Notes: generated by a model from the sequence alone, not told the origin. A stretch of DNA of 64,000 nucleotides from Planctomycetota bacterium (GCA_038227875.1 JBBRPR010000007.1:128001-192000); one strand, 5' to 3'; counted from the stretch's first letter, positions 27,979 to 38,552 are shown. Made by a program: numbers and translations.

Positions 27979-29210
27979 TGCGCGCCTACCTTCTCCCCCT
28001 TGTCGCCTTCCTTGCCGTCCTTCCCGTCCTTGGGCGTCTGCGTATTGGCGTTCGCGGCGGGAGTCGTCGGCTTGACGTCGTCCGGGAAGAAGAAGTCCAC
28101 GGTCATGGGAATTGCGACGCCATTTTCGAAGCGCTGAATCAAATTCGTCGCGACGGCCTTGCGGAACCACTCGTCTTCCTTGCGCTGCGACTTGGTGCGC
28201 AGCAGTTCCTTGTAAATCTTGTCGTAAAGGGGGCCTTCAAGCGGCTCGACACCAGCCTCGCGCTTATCGACGACCTGGGCAATCGCCCAGCTGTCCTGCA
28301 GGTATTCGAACACGCCACTGACTTCGCCCGGCTTCAACGCGCGGATCGCTTTCGAGAGCTTCGGATTGCAGCTATCGAGATCAAAGAAGGGGTCGGCGTT
28401 TGGATCCTTGGCGTCGGGCAGAATCAAGCCGCCGCGTTCGCGCGTTTCCAAATCGTCTGACTTGGTCCGGGCAACTTCTTTGAAGTCCGCGCCGTAATCG
28501 TGCACGTTCTGATAGATCTCAACGGCGCGATCATAGGCGTCTTCGCGGACGGAGCGGACGTTCGTGAGTGAATTGGTGACGATCCGGTCGACGCGGATGA
28601 GGCGAACCATCACGCCAGCCTTGCGCTGGTAGCGGCTGAGATTGGCCTTGTAGTACGCCGACACTTCCGGCCGCGTCGGCTGTTCCATGATGCCGTAAAA
28701 CTTGCTCTGGTACGTTTGAATCGTCTGATTGTCGCGAATGGCCTTCTGGACGTCGGCGGACGTGAAGCCTTTGGAGCCCAGCAGCCCGGCTTCCTTCAGG
28801 CGCTTCATCTGATTGGCGACTTCCTTCTCGACTTCCTTGTCATCGGCCGCGATCTTTTCGTTCTTGGCGTACTGCAGCATCAACCGTTCCCGCACCACCC
28901 CGCGCAACGCATCGCGGAACGGCGGAATGTACGCGTCGTACCACTGCTTCATGTTTTCCGGCGTGCACATCTTGTTGCGTTCCCACTCCTGCTTCTTGGC
29001 GCGCAGCATGGAGGCAATGCCGGGAGGCGACATGCGGTCTTCGATGTCGCGCTTGCTGATCATCTCGGTGTTCACGCGGCAGACGAGTTCGTTGTCGAGG
29101 TCCAGCGCCTTGGGTTCTTCGCCCGAGCAAGTCAGAGGCATCAATGCCGTGATCCCGGCAAGGACCATCCCGGTGGCCAGTTCCGAAACGATGCAACGCA
29201 ATCCCTTCAT
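27975..29210 (-). CDS. SurA/PrsA-like parvulin peptidyl-prolyl isomerase
   Basis: RVNTEMIS SurA N-domain, DFKEVARTKSDD...RGG, ALKPGEVS; start set at MKGLR. Confidence 0.88.
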   Translation of the reverse strand: MKGLRCIVSELATGMVLAGITALMPLTCSGEEPKALDLDNELVCRVNTEMISKRDIEDRMSPPGIASMLRAKKQEWERNKMCTPENMKQWYDAYIPPFRDALRGVVRERLMLQYAKNEKIAADDKEVEKEVANQMKRLKEAGLLGSKGFTSADVQKAIRDNQTIQTYQSKFYGIMEQPTRPEVSAYYKANLSRYQRKAGVMVRLIRVDRIVTNSLTNVRSVREDAYDRAVEIYQNVHDYGADFKEVARTKSDDLETRERGGLILPDAKDPNADPFFDLDSCNPKLSKAIRALKPGEVSGVFEYLQDSWAIAQVVDKREAGVEPLEGPLYDKIYKELLRTKSQRKEDEWFRKAVATNLIQRFENGVAIPMTVDFFFPDDVKPTTPAANANTQTPKDGKDGKEGDKGEKVGAQ

Positions 29211-29350
29211 CGGTGGCAAACCTCTGTGTGTGGGCAGATTCGTGTAACGTATTCCCAAGTTGGACGAGCCAATGACACGCGTCTTCAGGTTATCGGCAAA
29301 ATTCCACAAAGGCAACAGTGGTAACCAGATGCGCAGAGTTTGCCGCCTGC

Positions 29351-30415
29351 TCACGCCGACGGATAGAGATGGTAGAGCATCACGTACACGATCACGCCGG
29401 TGATCGAGACGTACAGCCAGATCGGGAATGTCACCTTCGCGATCTTGCGATGCTTCTCCCAATTGCCCTGAAACGCGCGCCAAAATGTCAGCGGTACAAG
29501 CACGCCAATGACTCCAGCGAGGACCACATGCGTAATCAAAATGGCGAAGTATAGCGTGCGCACACTGCCCTGCCCGAGGAACTTCACCGAGCCCGCGTGA
29601 TAGTGGTAGAGGAGATACGACGCGAGGAAGATGGCCGACGTGACGCCGGCGATCATCATCACCGTCTGATGTCCCAGAATCTGCCGGCGGCGAATCAGCA
29701 CGTAGCCCACGATCAGGAATACCGTGCACAGCGCGTTAAGCGACGCATTCAGGGCTGGCAGCGAGAATACGCAGAGTTCGTGCTCCAGCGCCTGAGCCGT
29801 ATTGGCCGCCTGCGCGACTTCCTCGGGAACCAATCCCGAATACGTGCCGCGCACGCGGCCCTGGCGGTCGACGACCATCAGCATCGAACTGTGGATGATC
29901 GGCTCATCGCCCGGCGCGGCCTTATCGACGATGGGAAGTTTGAAGTTGTCGTGCGTCAGCTTGATCATCTCGTCTTTGTGGCCGGGACCGGAAGTGACGA
30001 AGTGCCAGCGGGGACTGTCCGCGCCGTGCTGCTGAGCGTAATTGGCCAGCACCGCGGCCGTGTCGAATTCCGGGTCCATGCTGAAGGAGACCAACTGAAC
30101 GCGCGGCTCATTGGCGAGCCGCTGATTGACCTCCCGCATCCCCGTCACGATCATCGGACACGTGCCGGCACAACGGGTGAAAATGAATCCAGCAACCCAC
30201 GCATGGCCTTTCAAACTCTTGAGTGTGACTTCGCTCCCGGTCTGATCGGTCATCGTAAAGTTACTGAGCGGTAACAGGAGCGGGAGCTTGTTGGTCTCCG
30301 CGTTGAGCCGATTGACTATCGCCGCGCCAAACAGCCCGAGCATCGCCGCAATCAAAATCACCCAGACAAGCCGGTGTTGCGGAAGTTGGGCGATAGGTTC
30401 GGAAATCTGGGTCAT
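29351..30415 (-). CDS. SCO copper chaperone fused to a DUF420 (CtaM/YozB-like) membrane domain
   Basis: FIFTRCAGTCP (CxxxC), DPEFDT, IIHS; then LPALNASLN...YLLYH...ILITH...HRKIAK..FPIWLYVSITG. Confidence 0.92.
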   Translation of the reverse strand: MTQISEPIAQLPQHRLVWVILIAAMLGLFGAAIVNRLNAETNKLPLLLPLSNFTMTDQTGSEVTLKSLKGHAWVAGFIFTRCAGTCPMIVTGMREVNQRLANEPRVQLVSFSMDPEFDTAAVLANYAQQHGADSPRWHFVTSGPGHKDEMIKLTHDNFKLPIVDKAAPGDEPIIHSSMLMVVDRQGRVRGTYSGLVPEEVAQAANTAQALEHELCVFSLPALNASLNALCTVFLIVGYVLIRRRQILGHQTVMMIAGVTSAIFLASYLLYHYHAGSVKFLGQGSVRTLYFAILITHVVLAGVIGVLVPLTFWRAFQGNWEKHRKIAKVTFPIWLYVSITGVIVYVMLYHLYPSA

Positions 30416-30528
30416 TTTGCTCTTAGCTCTTGGTTCTTGGACCTGACGGGAAATCGACGTTCACTCTAGCAATAGCGCACCATCGACAGGCCCCAAAGCC
30501 AGGAGCAACCAGCCAAGGGCCGCCATCC

Positions 30529-31395
30529 CTATTGCAAATCTGCGCGCGTTCGCGCCTTTGCCATGAACGAGGCACCCAGCAACGTCGCCACGCCGAACGC
30601 CACTGTAATCGAAAGCGAGAGTTTAAAGTCGGGCAAATCCGTGGGCTGATGAGCACTGGCGCTGTAGAGAATGTGCCGGAACGCCGCCAGGCCGTACGTC
30701 AGCGGATTGATCGTGATCATCGCGCCCAGCCAGACCGGCACGCCCTTGGCCGGAAAAAGCGCACCGGAGAGCAGCCACATCGGCAGCAGAAAGACGCTCA
30801 TGATGGCGTGAAACCCCTGCGTCGATTCCATTCGCCAGGCGATCATGAAACCCAGTCCGGTCAGCGCGAAGGCGATCACGAACATCACGGCCAGCGCTTC
30901 GACGAACATCAGCGGCGTAATCGTGATGCTGGGGATCGTCAGCGCCAGGACCAGGAAGAGCACGCCCTGCATCATCGCCAGGATGGTGCCGCCGAGAATC
31001 TTGCCCATCACCATCGTCAGCGGCGAAATGGGCGCGACGAGCACCGACTGGAGAAAGCCTTCCTTGCGGTCTTCGATGATCGAGATCGTCGAGAAAATCG
31101 CGGTGAAGAGCAGGATCATCACCACCGTGCCGGGGAAGAAGTACTCCTGGTACGACATGTCCGGCGGCGAACCCTCCGGCGGCTTGAACGATTTGGTGAA
31201 CGCCGCGCCGAAGAGCACCCAGAAAATCAACGGCTGCAGCAGCGCGCCGACGACGCGGTTGCGCTGCCTTAAAAATCGGACGATCTCGCGGCGCGTCAGA
31301 GTCATCACCGGCAACAGCACACCGCCACTGGCAGCGCGTTCCGGGATGTCACCGCTCATGGCGGCGCTGGGCGTTGGCAACGTGCTGGCTTGCAT
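30529..31395 (-). CDS. ABC-2 type permease
   Basis: YFFPG, IIEDRKEGFL, LSGALFP, NPLTY. Confidence 0.92.
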   Translation of the reverse strand: MQASTLPTPSAAMSGDIPERAASGGVLLPVMTLTRREIVRFLRQRNRVVGALLQPLIFWVLFGAAFTKSFKPPEGSPPDMSYQEYFFPGTVVMILLFTAIFSTISIIEDRKEGFLQSVLVAPISPLTMVMGKILGGTILAMMQGVLFLVLALTIPSITITPLMFVEALAVMFVIAFALTGLGFMIAWRMESTQGFHAIMSVFLLPMWLLSGALFPAKGVPVWLGAMITINPLTYGLAAFRHILYSASAHQPTDLPDFKLSLSITVAFGVATLLGASFMAKARTRADLQ

Positions 31396-32399
31396 CAGTG
31401 TTTGCCCTTCTTTCCCTTGGGCGTGTCTTCCTCTGCCGCTTCGACCCAGAATTTGTGGCCGGTGCGCCGGATGAAGACGTCTTCCAGCGTGGGCTTGGAA
31501 ATAGTCATCGCTTCGATGCGCCCAGGCAGCGCCATTCCCAGCGCGCCGATCAGTTCGGGTCCGTTCTCGCGTTCGATGCGCAAACTGCCGTCGACGATCG
31601 TGGCGTCAAGCTTCAGCTTCTCTTTGATCTCCGCGCGCACGGCTTCGGGATCCTTCGCCTGAATCGTGATCACATCGCCGCCAATGGTTTCGCGCAGCTT
31701 GTTGGGTGTGTCGAGCGCCACCAATTCGCCCTTGTTGATGATTCCCAGGCGGTGGCAGTGCGCAGCCTCTTCCATGTAATGCGTGGTGAGCAGACTGGTG
31801 ACGCCTTCGTCGCGGCTGAGTTGCTCCAGGTACTGCCACAGGTCGCGCCGCGCCCCGGGATCCAAACCCGTGGATGGTTCGTCGAGCAGCAGTAGTTGCG
31901 GCCCGTGAATCACGCCCTTCGCAAGCTCCACGCGGCGCCGCATGCCGCCGGAGAACGTCTCAACGTATTCGTTGGCGCGATCGGAGAGCTTGACGCGTTC
32001 CAGCAGCAGCTTGATGCGGGCGTCGAGCGCCGCGCCGCTCAGACCGTAAAGATGGCCCTGATGCATCAGGTTTTCGTACGCGGTGAGCTTCTTATCCAGG
32101 CTCGGCGATTGGAAGACGACGCCGATACGACGTCGGATTTCCCGTGCCTGCGTCGCCAGGTCGAAACCGAGCACGCGAACAGTTCCCTGCTGCGGTGGAA
32201 TCAGCGTGGAGAGGATACGGAATGTGGTGGTCTTGCCGCCGCCATTGGGACCCAGCAGGCCGAAAATTTCACCGCGTTGAACGGTGAAATTCAACCCATT
32301 GAGCGCTCGACGCGAACCGTACTCGTGAATGAGGCCGCTAACATCAACGGCCGGTGAGCCTGAAGCGTGGGCAGAAGGAGTGGGCAGAGTTGATGTCAC
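31395..32399 (-). CDS. ABC transporter ATP-binding protein (DrrA-like)
   Basis: GPNGGGKTT, FSGGMRRR, LDEPSTGLDP, TTHYMEEA; start uncertain. Confidence 0.92.
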   Translation of the reverse strand: MTSTLPTPSAHASGSPAVDVSGLIHEYGSRRALNGLNFTVQRGEIFGLLGPNGGGKTTTFRILSTLIPPQQGTVRVLGFDLATQAREIRRRIGVVFQSPSLDKKLTAYENLMHQGHLYGLSGAALDARIKLLLERVKLSDRANEYVETFSGGMRRRVELAKGVIHGPQLLLLDEPSTGLDPGARRDLWQYLEQLSRDEGVTSLLTTHYMEEAAHCHRLGIINKGELVALDTPNKLRETIGGDVITIQAKDPEAVRAEIKEKLKLDATIVDGSLRIERENGPELIGALGMALPGRIEAMTISKPTLEDVFIRRTGHKFWVEAAEEDTPKGKKGKH

Positions 32400-32433
32400 A
32401 TGCGTTACTAAAGTAAACCGGAAGACGATTTCC

Positions 32434-32478
32434 GTTTTGAGCAACGCAACTCAAAACTAAAAATTCAAATTTCAAACT
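32434..32478. repeat. Heptad (CTCAAAA-type) repeat element
   Basis: GCAACGCAACTCAAAACT identical to 33547-33564, followed by three more degenerate heptads. Confidence 0.75.
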
Positions 32479-32485
32479 GCCGTGC

Positions 32486-32803
32486 TTAGTGGTACTGCCC
32501 GTAGACTATATCCGGGAACAGCGCAAAGAGGAGAATCGCGGCCAGAACGTAGGGAATCAGGCAGATGACGACCATGGTCTTCTTTTCGAACTTCAAATGC
32601 ATGAAGAACAGGATCACCAGCGAGGCCTTGAACGAGGCGATGGCCATCGCCAGGATCACATTGCCGGTCTTGCCCAGATTCACGAACGAGACGGCGACGG
32701 TGATGATAGTCATCACGAACAACGTTGCCGCGATCGCCACGTACGGAACCTTCGGGTGTTCGTGGTGATCGCCGTGCGCCGGGATATGTGCTGCGTCAGA
32801 CAT
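32486..32803 (-). CDS. ctaF: Cytochrome c oxidase subunit IV
   Basis: IASFKASLVILFFMHLKFE motif, three TM helices. Confidence 0.92.
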   Translation of the reverse strand: MSDAAHIPAHGDHHEHPKVPYVAIAATLFVMTIITVAVSFVNLGKTGNVILAMAIASFKASLVILFFMHLKFEKKTMVVICLIPYVLAAILLFALFPDIVYGQYH

Positions 32804-32874
32804 GGTACTCTCCGTGTTTCGAATTTTTTACAGGCGGCGCAACCGCCACCCGAGTGGAGTTCGTCTCTCGAAGG

Positions 32875-33465
32875 TCAGATCAGGTATAGCAACGGGAAGA
32901 GGAAAATCCAGACAAGGTCGACGAAGTGCCAGTAGAGACCGACCATCTCGGTTTCCTTGGAGACATCGTGCGTCTTCGAGAAATGCGCGAGGCCCAGGAT
33001 CGGAATGACGCCACACAGAATGTGGAAGCCGTGCAGACCCGTCAGCGTGTAGTAGAAGGCGAAGAACACGTCCGTGTTCGGCACCTGTCCGGCGGCGATG
33101 TGCGTGCTGTACTCGTAGAACTTCAGCAACAAGAACGCAATCCCCATCAGCGCCGTCAGCACCAGGAACATGCGCTGCTTGGGTTTGTCCCCGGCCTGCC
33201 CGCGGACTACGGCCATCGCCATGGTCAAGCTGCTGGTGATCAGCAGGAGCGTATTGAAACCCGCAAGCCACATGTGGTGATGCAGATGCGTCTGGCTGGC
33301 TTCAAAGCGCGACGGATCGCCCGTGCGGAGCGTAATGTACGCGCCCAGCAGTCCGGAGAAGAACATCACTTCCGAACACAGGAACAACCACATCGCCAGC
33401 TTGCCATTGTAAACCGACTCAATCGCCGGTTCCGACGGTTCGACTATTGCGTGCGCCTCACTCAT
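32875..33465 (-). CDS. ctaE: Cytochrome c oxidase subunit III (short form)
   Basis: WLFLCSEVMFF, NTLLLITSS, TGLHGFH, LYWHFVDLVW. Confidence 0.96.
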   Translation of the reverse strand: MSEAHAIVEPSEPAIESVYNGKLAMWLFLCSEVMFFSGLLGAYITLRTGDPSRFEASQTHLHHHMWLAGFNTLLLITSSLTMAMAVVRGQAGDKPKQRMFLVLTALMGIAFLLLKFYEYSTHIAAGQVPNTDVFFAFYYTLTGLHGFHILCGVIPILGLAHFSKTHDVSKETEMVGLYWHFVDLVWIFLFPLLYLI

Positions 33466-33504
33466 GAAAACTTCGCCTCCCTTTAGTTACTGCGTTTCTA
33501 CAAC

Positions 33505-33577
33505 AGTTTTGAGTGATCAGTTTTGAGTTTTGAATTACTGCCTTCTGCAACGCAACTCAAAACTCAAAATTAAAAAC
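33505..33577. repeat. Heptad-periodic inverted repeat (TTTTGAG / CTCAAAA)
   Basis: AGTTTTGAGTTTTGAATT ... AACTCAAAACTCAAAATT. Confidence 0.8.
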
Positions 33578-34482
33578 TATCCGTTAGAGTCCACCATCAT
33601 CAACGCCAGCAGCAGCGGCAGGTAGATCACCGATGCCAGGAACAACTGGCGCGCCGTTGTGTCCGTCCGCTTGAGGGCGAACTTTACGCCGTACACCAGA
33701 AAACCAATGCCGAACAACACCGCGCCCAGCGCGTAAATCGGGCCGGTCATGTGGAGCACCCACGGCGCGAGCGTCACCGGGATTAACATCAGTGAATTGA
33801 CGACCACCTGCCGCCCGCAACTGACGCCTTCCGTGTCAACTTTCGGCAGCATCACCAGACCGGCCTGCGCGTAATCCTGGCGGTACAGCCACGCGATGGC
33901 CAAAAAGTGCGGCAACTGCCAGACAAAGACAATCGCAAAGAGCGCCCATGCCTGCGGCGTCAAATGACCGCGAGCGGCGACGTAACCGATCAGTGGCGGA
34001 ATCGCGCCGGGGACCGCGCCGACCAGCGTGTTCAGCGAAGTCTTCTGCTTCAGCGGCGTGTAGATGAAAATATACGTCGCCAGCGTAATCGTCGCCCAGA
34101 GCGCAGCGTCCGTGTTCACGCGAATCGCCAGGTAGAACATTCCGGCGATCGAGGAAATCGCACCGAAGTAGAGCACGCTGCCCGGGTTCATTCGTCCGGA
34201 CGGTAAGGGCCGATTCTTCGTGCGATCCATCCGCGCGTCGATGTGGCGTTCGAGCAACTGATTGAGCGCGCTGGAACCGGCGGCGACGAGCGTGATCCCG
34301 ATCAGCGCATCGACGAGTAGCCCGACGTCGAGGTGGTCGGGCGAGCCGAAGTAAAATCCGACCATGACCGACAGCATCACCAGCGTGGTGAGCCGCGCTT
34401 TGGTCAACGTCATTAAATCGGACAGGCGCACGTAGAAACCAGCGGCGGGGTTGTTGAGAGTCTGAGGCTCCATCGTGTTCAC
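33577..34482 (-). CDS. ctaB: Heme O synthase (protoheme IX farnesyltransferase)
   Basis: LTKAR, NQLLERHIDARMDRTKNRPLPSG, YTPLK, WQLPHF. Confidence 0.96.
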   Translation of the reverse strand: MNTMEPQTLNNPAAGFYVRLSDLMTLTKARLTTLVMLSVMVGFYFGSPDHLDVGLLVDALIGITLVAAGSSALNQLLERHIDARMDRTKNRPLPSGRMNPGSVLYFGAISSIAGMFYLAIRVNTDAALWATITLATYIFIYTPLKQKTSLNTLVGAVPGAIPPLIGYVAARGHLTPQAWALFAIVFVWQLPHFLAIAWLYRQDYAQAGLVMLPKVDTEGVSCGRQVVVNSLMLIPVTLAPWVLHMTGPIYALGAVLFGIGFLVYGVKFALKRTDTTARQLFLASVIYLPLLLALMMVDSNG

Positions 34483-35513
34483 GCGGCCACCCCCATCAAC
34501 GGTGTGGCGGAGCTGGGTGCCTTTTGAGTCGCGGGCACAGGCGAGGTAAAGCGGCGCGCGCGGAGTGCCAGCGTGACACTCAGCGCCAGCAGCAGCGCAC
34601 CGATGGCCAGATGCACCGTCGCCACCACCACCCGTTCCAGCGGCGGCATGTTGTAATCTTCAATCGTCAGAATTTTTAGAGCCGCGGCGCCCGGACCGAG
34701 CAGAAACTGGAAGCTCAGCAGAATCATCAACATCCGCGCCGGCCAGAGCAGTTCTTTCTGCGGACGGTGGAAGTTGAAGACACGCGAGATCACGCGGAAG
34801 ATGAAAAACGTTACCGTGAATGCGCCGACAATGTGCGCGATCAGGTGCCAGACGAAGACAAACGAACGTCCGTTACGAATGGCCGCGCCCTGATCGTCAT
34901 GGCGCAACGCCGCGCCCAACAGCAACTGCACGCCAACGGCAATCACGCAGTACACAGCCAGCCGGTAGAGCGACGGCGAATTCTGGCTGGGCAGCGCCGG
35001 CGCATCGGACATCCATGATTTGGACGTCATCATTGCCATCGAGACCATCAGGCAGAAGAACGTCTGGCCCATCACCGCATGCGGAATGGACGTCTGCGCG
35101 TGCGCGAAAAAGCGCACCGTCAGATAGCCCAGAAACGCCTGCGCGAAAAGGCCGACCACGAGAAAACACGCGAGTGTGCGCACCGACTTGCGCGTGTCCT
35201 TCCAGAGCACCATTCCGACCACGGCGAGCGTCAATCCGGTCAGGATCGGCACCAGCGCGCGGTGGATGTATTCGGTATTGAGATTTTGAATGAAGAGCCA
35301 GTCGTAATGCCACTGATAGTAAAACGGCTGCGGAATCGTCAGCCCTGCTTCGCGGCTCTTGACCGTGCCACCCATGCACACGACCAGAAACGCCCAGCAC
35401 GACCCCAGCACCGCCAGACGGTGAACCCACGGATTATGCGCAGGCATGACGTCCCGCCCCTGCTCTACTGCAGGCGAGACACCTCCGCGATCCTGATTCA
35501 CCGTACTGCTCAT
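34479..35513 (-). CDS. ctaA: Heme A synthase (COX15/CtaA) lacking the loop Cys pair
   Basis: GGTVKSREAGL, EYIHR, three further conserved His, eight TM helices. Confidence 0.88.
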   Translation of the reverse strand: MSSTVNQDRGGVSPAVEQGRDVMPAHNPWVHRLAVLGSCWAFLVVCMGGTVKSREAGLTIPQPFYYQWHYDWLFIQNLNTEYIHRALVPILTGLTLAVVGMVLWKDTRKSVRTLACFLVVGLFAQAFLGYLTVRFFAHAQTSIPHAVMGQTFFCLMVSMAMMTSKSWMSDAPALPSQNSPSLYRLAVYCVIAVGVQLLLGAALRHDDQGAAIRNGRSFVFVWHLIAHIVGAFTVTFFIFRVISRVFNFHRPQKELLWPARMLMILLSFQFLLGPGAAALKILTIEDYNMPPLERVVVATVHLAIGALLLALSVTLALRARRFTSPVPATQKAPSSATPLMGVAA

Positions 35514-35543
35514 GGGTTCTTAATTCCGTCCCAGTTCGTCCGC

Positions 35544-37352
35544 TTAGTGCGTCGAGACAACCTGATGGCCCGCACCGATCTGCCCCTGCCCGCCGATCAC
35601 CAGACTCTGCGGCAACCAGTCTTCCTTGACGTCCGGCGAGCTGTATTCGTACGGAGGGCGATGCACGGTCGGGATTGCGCCCGGCCAGTTGCCGTGACCC
35701 GCCGGGGACGGCGCTTCGGTCCAGTCCAGCGTGTTGGCCTTCCAAGGATTCTGTTCGGCCTTCGGACCGGCGAACATCGAGTAGAAGAAGTTGATCAGGA
35801 ACAACAGCTGCGAAAAGCCGAGCGCGATCGCGCAGACGGTGATCATCACGTTGTACTTCTGCAGGCTCCACAGATTCTGATACAGCATCACGCTGGCGAT
35901 GCGGCGATGGTGTCCGCCGATTCCCAGGATGTGCATCATGAAGAACGTGCCGTTCATGAAGATGAACGTCAGGAACCAATGCAGCTTGCCCAGTCCTTCA
36001 TTCATCATGCGTCCGAACATCTTCGGGAACCAGAAAGTGATTCCGCCGAAGATCGCCATCACCGTGCCGCAGAACACGACGTAATGGATGTGCGCGACGA
36101 TGAAGTAGGTATCGTGGAGGTACATGTCGACGGGCGTCGCGGCCATGAAGATACCGGACAGACCGCCGATGATGAACATCGAGACAAACGAGAGCGCGAA
36201 CAGCATCGGCGTCTTAAAGGTGATATTGCCGCCCCAGAGCGTGCCCAGCCAGTTGAAGGTCTTGATCGCCGAAGGCAGTGCGATGAACATGGTCGAGACC
36301 ATGAACGTCATGCCCAGCGCGGGATTCATGCCCGACTGGAACATATGATGCGCCCAGACGATGAATCCCAGTCCGGCGATCGAGGCCATCGAGTAGACCA
36401 TCGGCTTGTAACCGAAGATCGGCTTGCGCGCGAAGACGGGGAGAATGTCGGAGACGATTCCCATCGCCGGCAGGATCATCAAGTACACGGCCGGATGCGA
36501 GTAGAACCAGAAGAGATGCTGCCATAGCAAGACCTGGCCGCCGCCGGGCGAAAGAATTTCATGATTGCTGGGGAAGAGATTGCCCGGGTTGAAGAACGTC
36601 GTGCCCGCGTAGCGATCCATCAACTGCATGAAGAGCGTACCCGTCAGCACCGGCGTCGAGAAGAGTGAGAGAATCGCGGTGATGAACAGCGACCAGACCG
36701 TCAGCGGCATGCGGAAGAGCGTCATTCCCGGCGCACGCAGCTTGATGATTGTGACCACGTAATTCAATGACCCGAAGACCGACGAGAAGCCGACGATCAT
36801 CACGCCGATCAGCCATAAATTCTGGCCATTGAGGAACGTTGGAGTAAGTGTCGTTTGCCGGGAACCGACAGCGATGATGCTTAAGGGAGCATACGACGTC
36901 CAGCCGCCCTGCGCCGGGCCGCCGGGGACGAAGAAGCTGGTGACCAGACAGATAATCGATGGCCACATTAACCAGTACGATGCGGCATTAAGCCAGGGGA
37001 AGGCCATGTCGCGTGCGCCTATTTGGAGCGGGATTACAAAGTTGCCGAACGCGCCGGCGAGCATCGGGATGATCACCATGAAGATCATCACCGAGGCGTG
37101 CATGGTGAAGAGCTGATTGTATTCATTGCCGTTCACTTCGCCGTACAGCGGCACTTTCGTGTTCGGCCACGCCAGATGCCAGCGCACCGCCAGCGCCAGC
37201 GCGCCGCCCAGCAGGAAGAAGAACAAGCTGGTGATCATGAACTGCTTGCCGATCATCTTATGATCGGTCGACCAGATGTACTTGAAGAAGAAACTGGGCT
37301 CGTGATGCGCGTGATCGCCGTGCCCGCCATGATCCAATGCTGCTGTAGACAT
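35544..37352 (-). CDS. ctaD: Cytochrome c oxidase subunit I, A2-type
   Basis: TDHK, TMHA, WFYSHPAVY (YS motif typical of A2), WAHHM, VAHIHY. Confidence 0.98.
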   Translation of the reverse strand: MSTAALDHGGHGDHAHHEPSFFFKYIWSTDHKMIGKQFMITSLFFFLLGGALALAVRWHLAWPNTKVPLYGEVNGNEYNQLFTMHASVMIFMVIIPMLAGAFGNFVIPLQIGARDMAFPWLNAASYWLMWPSIICLVTSFFVPGGPAQGGWTSYAPLSIIAVGSRQTTLTPTFLNGQNLWLIGVMIVGFSSVFGSLNYVVTIIKLRAPGMTLFRMPLTVWSLFITAILSLFSTPVLTGTLFMQLMDRYAGTTFFNPGNLFPSNHEILSPGGGQVLLWQHLFWFYSHPAVYLMILPAMGIVSDILPVFARKPIFGYKPMVYSMASIAGLGFIVWAHHMFQSGMNPALGMTFMVSTMFIALPSAIKTFNWLGTLWGGNITFKTPMLFALSFVSMFIIGGLSGIFMAATPVDMYLHDTYFIVAHIHYVVFCGTVMAIFGGITFWFPKMFGRMMNEGLGKLHWFLTFIFMNGTFFMMHILGIGGHHRRIASVMLYQNLWSLQKYNVMITVCAIALGFSQLLFLINFFYSMFAGPKAEQNPWKANTLDWTEAPSPAGHGNWPGAIPTVHRPPYEYSSPDVKEDWLPQSLVIGGQGQIGAGHQVVSTH

Positions 37353-37423
37353 GCTTTCCCCTGAATGAAGTCCAAATCGAAGCTGTAATCTTTACCAACC
37401 AAACTTTTCAGACCGCTGCTCAC

Positions 37424-38443
37424 TTACTTTCCTTCTTTTTCCTCTGTCACTTTGCGCGGCGGGAAGTCTCGGTCGCCGGTTTCCGGATTCTTCGTCTTCC
37501 AGTGTTCCCAGATTTCCGGCTTGTCAAAATCGACGGCATCCTTGGACGCCTTTTCCAGCCACGCCTTGTACTCGTCTTCGCTGAGCACCGTCAGGCTGCC
37601 GCGCATTTCACCGTGCTGAATGCCGCACAGTTCCGCGCAGACGACTTCGTAGTTCCAATCGAGGCTCGACGCCGCGGGGTCTTCGCCCTCTTTCAGGAAT
37701 TCCTTGGGCTTGACATACTTCCCGTGAGTCTTGCGCATTTCATCGGTCGTCTTCGTCGCTTCAAACCAGACCCGGATCTGCATGCCCGGCACCACGTCCT
37801 GCTTCAGGCGCATGTTGGGCAGGAAGAAGGAGTGGATCACGTCCAGCGACGTCTGTTCCATCACGATCGGGCGGTGGACCGGGACGACCAGCTTGTTGTT
37901 GAGCGTAATATCGTCGGGCGTGCCCCATTTGCCGTCGGCGCCTGCGTAGCGGAAATTCCATTCGAACTGCTTGGCGAATGTCTGGATGTGGACGACCTTG
38001 TCGCCCGTCGGAAACTTTTCGGGCTTCTTGATGTCGTCCCACGTCCCCTTCTGGAGAATCGCGATCGTGCCGAGAATGCCGGCCGGAATCAGCGTCCACG
38101 CCAGTTCGAGCTTGTGGTTGCCATGCGAGTAGATGCTCTTGGCACCTTCGCGCGCGCGGTATTTCAAAATGAAAAGCAGCAGCAGGGCTTCGGTGATCAC
38201 AAACACGCCGCCGGTCAGGTAGAGAATGCCGTAGAAGAGATTGTCAATCGCGTCGGCGTAGGTGCTCGTGCCTTCCGGCAACCAGGGCATGCCCATGTAC
38301 TTTTCCGGATTGGAAGGCAGTTCTTCGCCCCGCGCGGTGGCGCTCACGACTACGCCCAGCACCATCAGCAGCGCGGCGACTTTTCCCACCGTACTCCAGC
38401 GACCCAGCAAACCCGGTTGGCCCAGGCGTCCTCGTTGTGTCAT
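37424..38443 (-). CDS. ctaC: Cytochrome c oxidase subunit II (CuA), no fused cytochrome c
   Basis: LELAWT, QFEW, DVIHSF, CAELCGIQHGEM; no CxxCH. Confidence 0.96.
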   Translation of the reverse strand: MTQRGRLGQPGLLGRWSTVGKVAALLMVLGVVVSATARGEELPSNPEKYMGMPWLPEGTSTYADAIDNLFYGILYLTGGVFVITEALLLLFILKYRAREGAKSIYSHGNHKLELAWTLIPAGILGTIAILQKGTWDDIKKPEKFPTGDKVVHIQTFAKQFEWNFRYAGADGKWGTPDDITLNNKLVVPVHRPIVMEQTSLDVIHSFFLPNMRLKQDVVPGMQIRVWFEATKTTDEMRKTHGKYVKPKEFLKEGEDPAASSLDWNYEVVCAELCGIQHGEMRGSLTVLSEDEYKAWLEKASKDAVDFDKPEIWEHWKTKNPETGDRDFPPRKVTEEKEGK

Positions 38444-38480
38444 CGAATTTCCCTTTTGAATCGAATCTGGATTTTGAATC

Positions 38481-38517
38481 CGCAGGGCACACAGGATTGA
38501 ATCCCGTGTGCCCTGCG
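38481..38517. repeat. REP-like palindrome inside the oxidase operon
   Basis: CGCAGGGCACACAGGATT-G-AATCCCGTGTGCCCTGCG, one mismatch. Confidence 0.75.
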
Positions 38518-38552
38518 CTCATCTTGCGAGTACTACGATTTGTCGACGTGAC

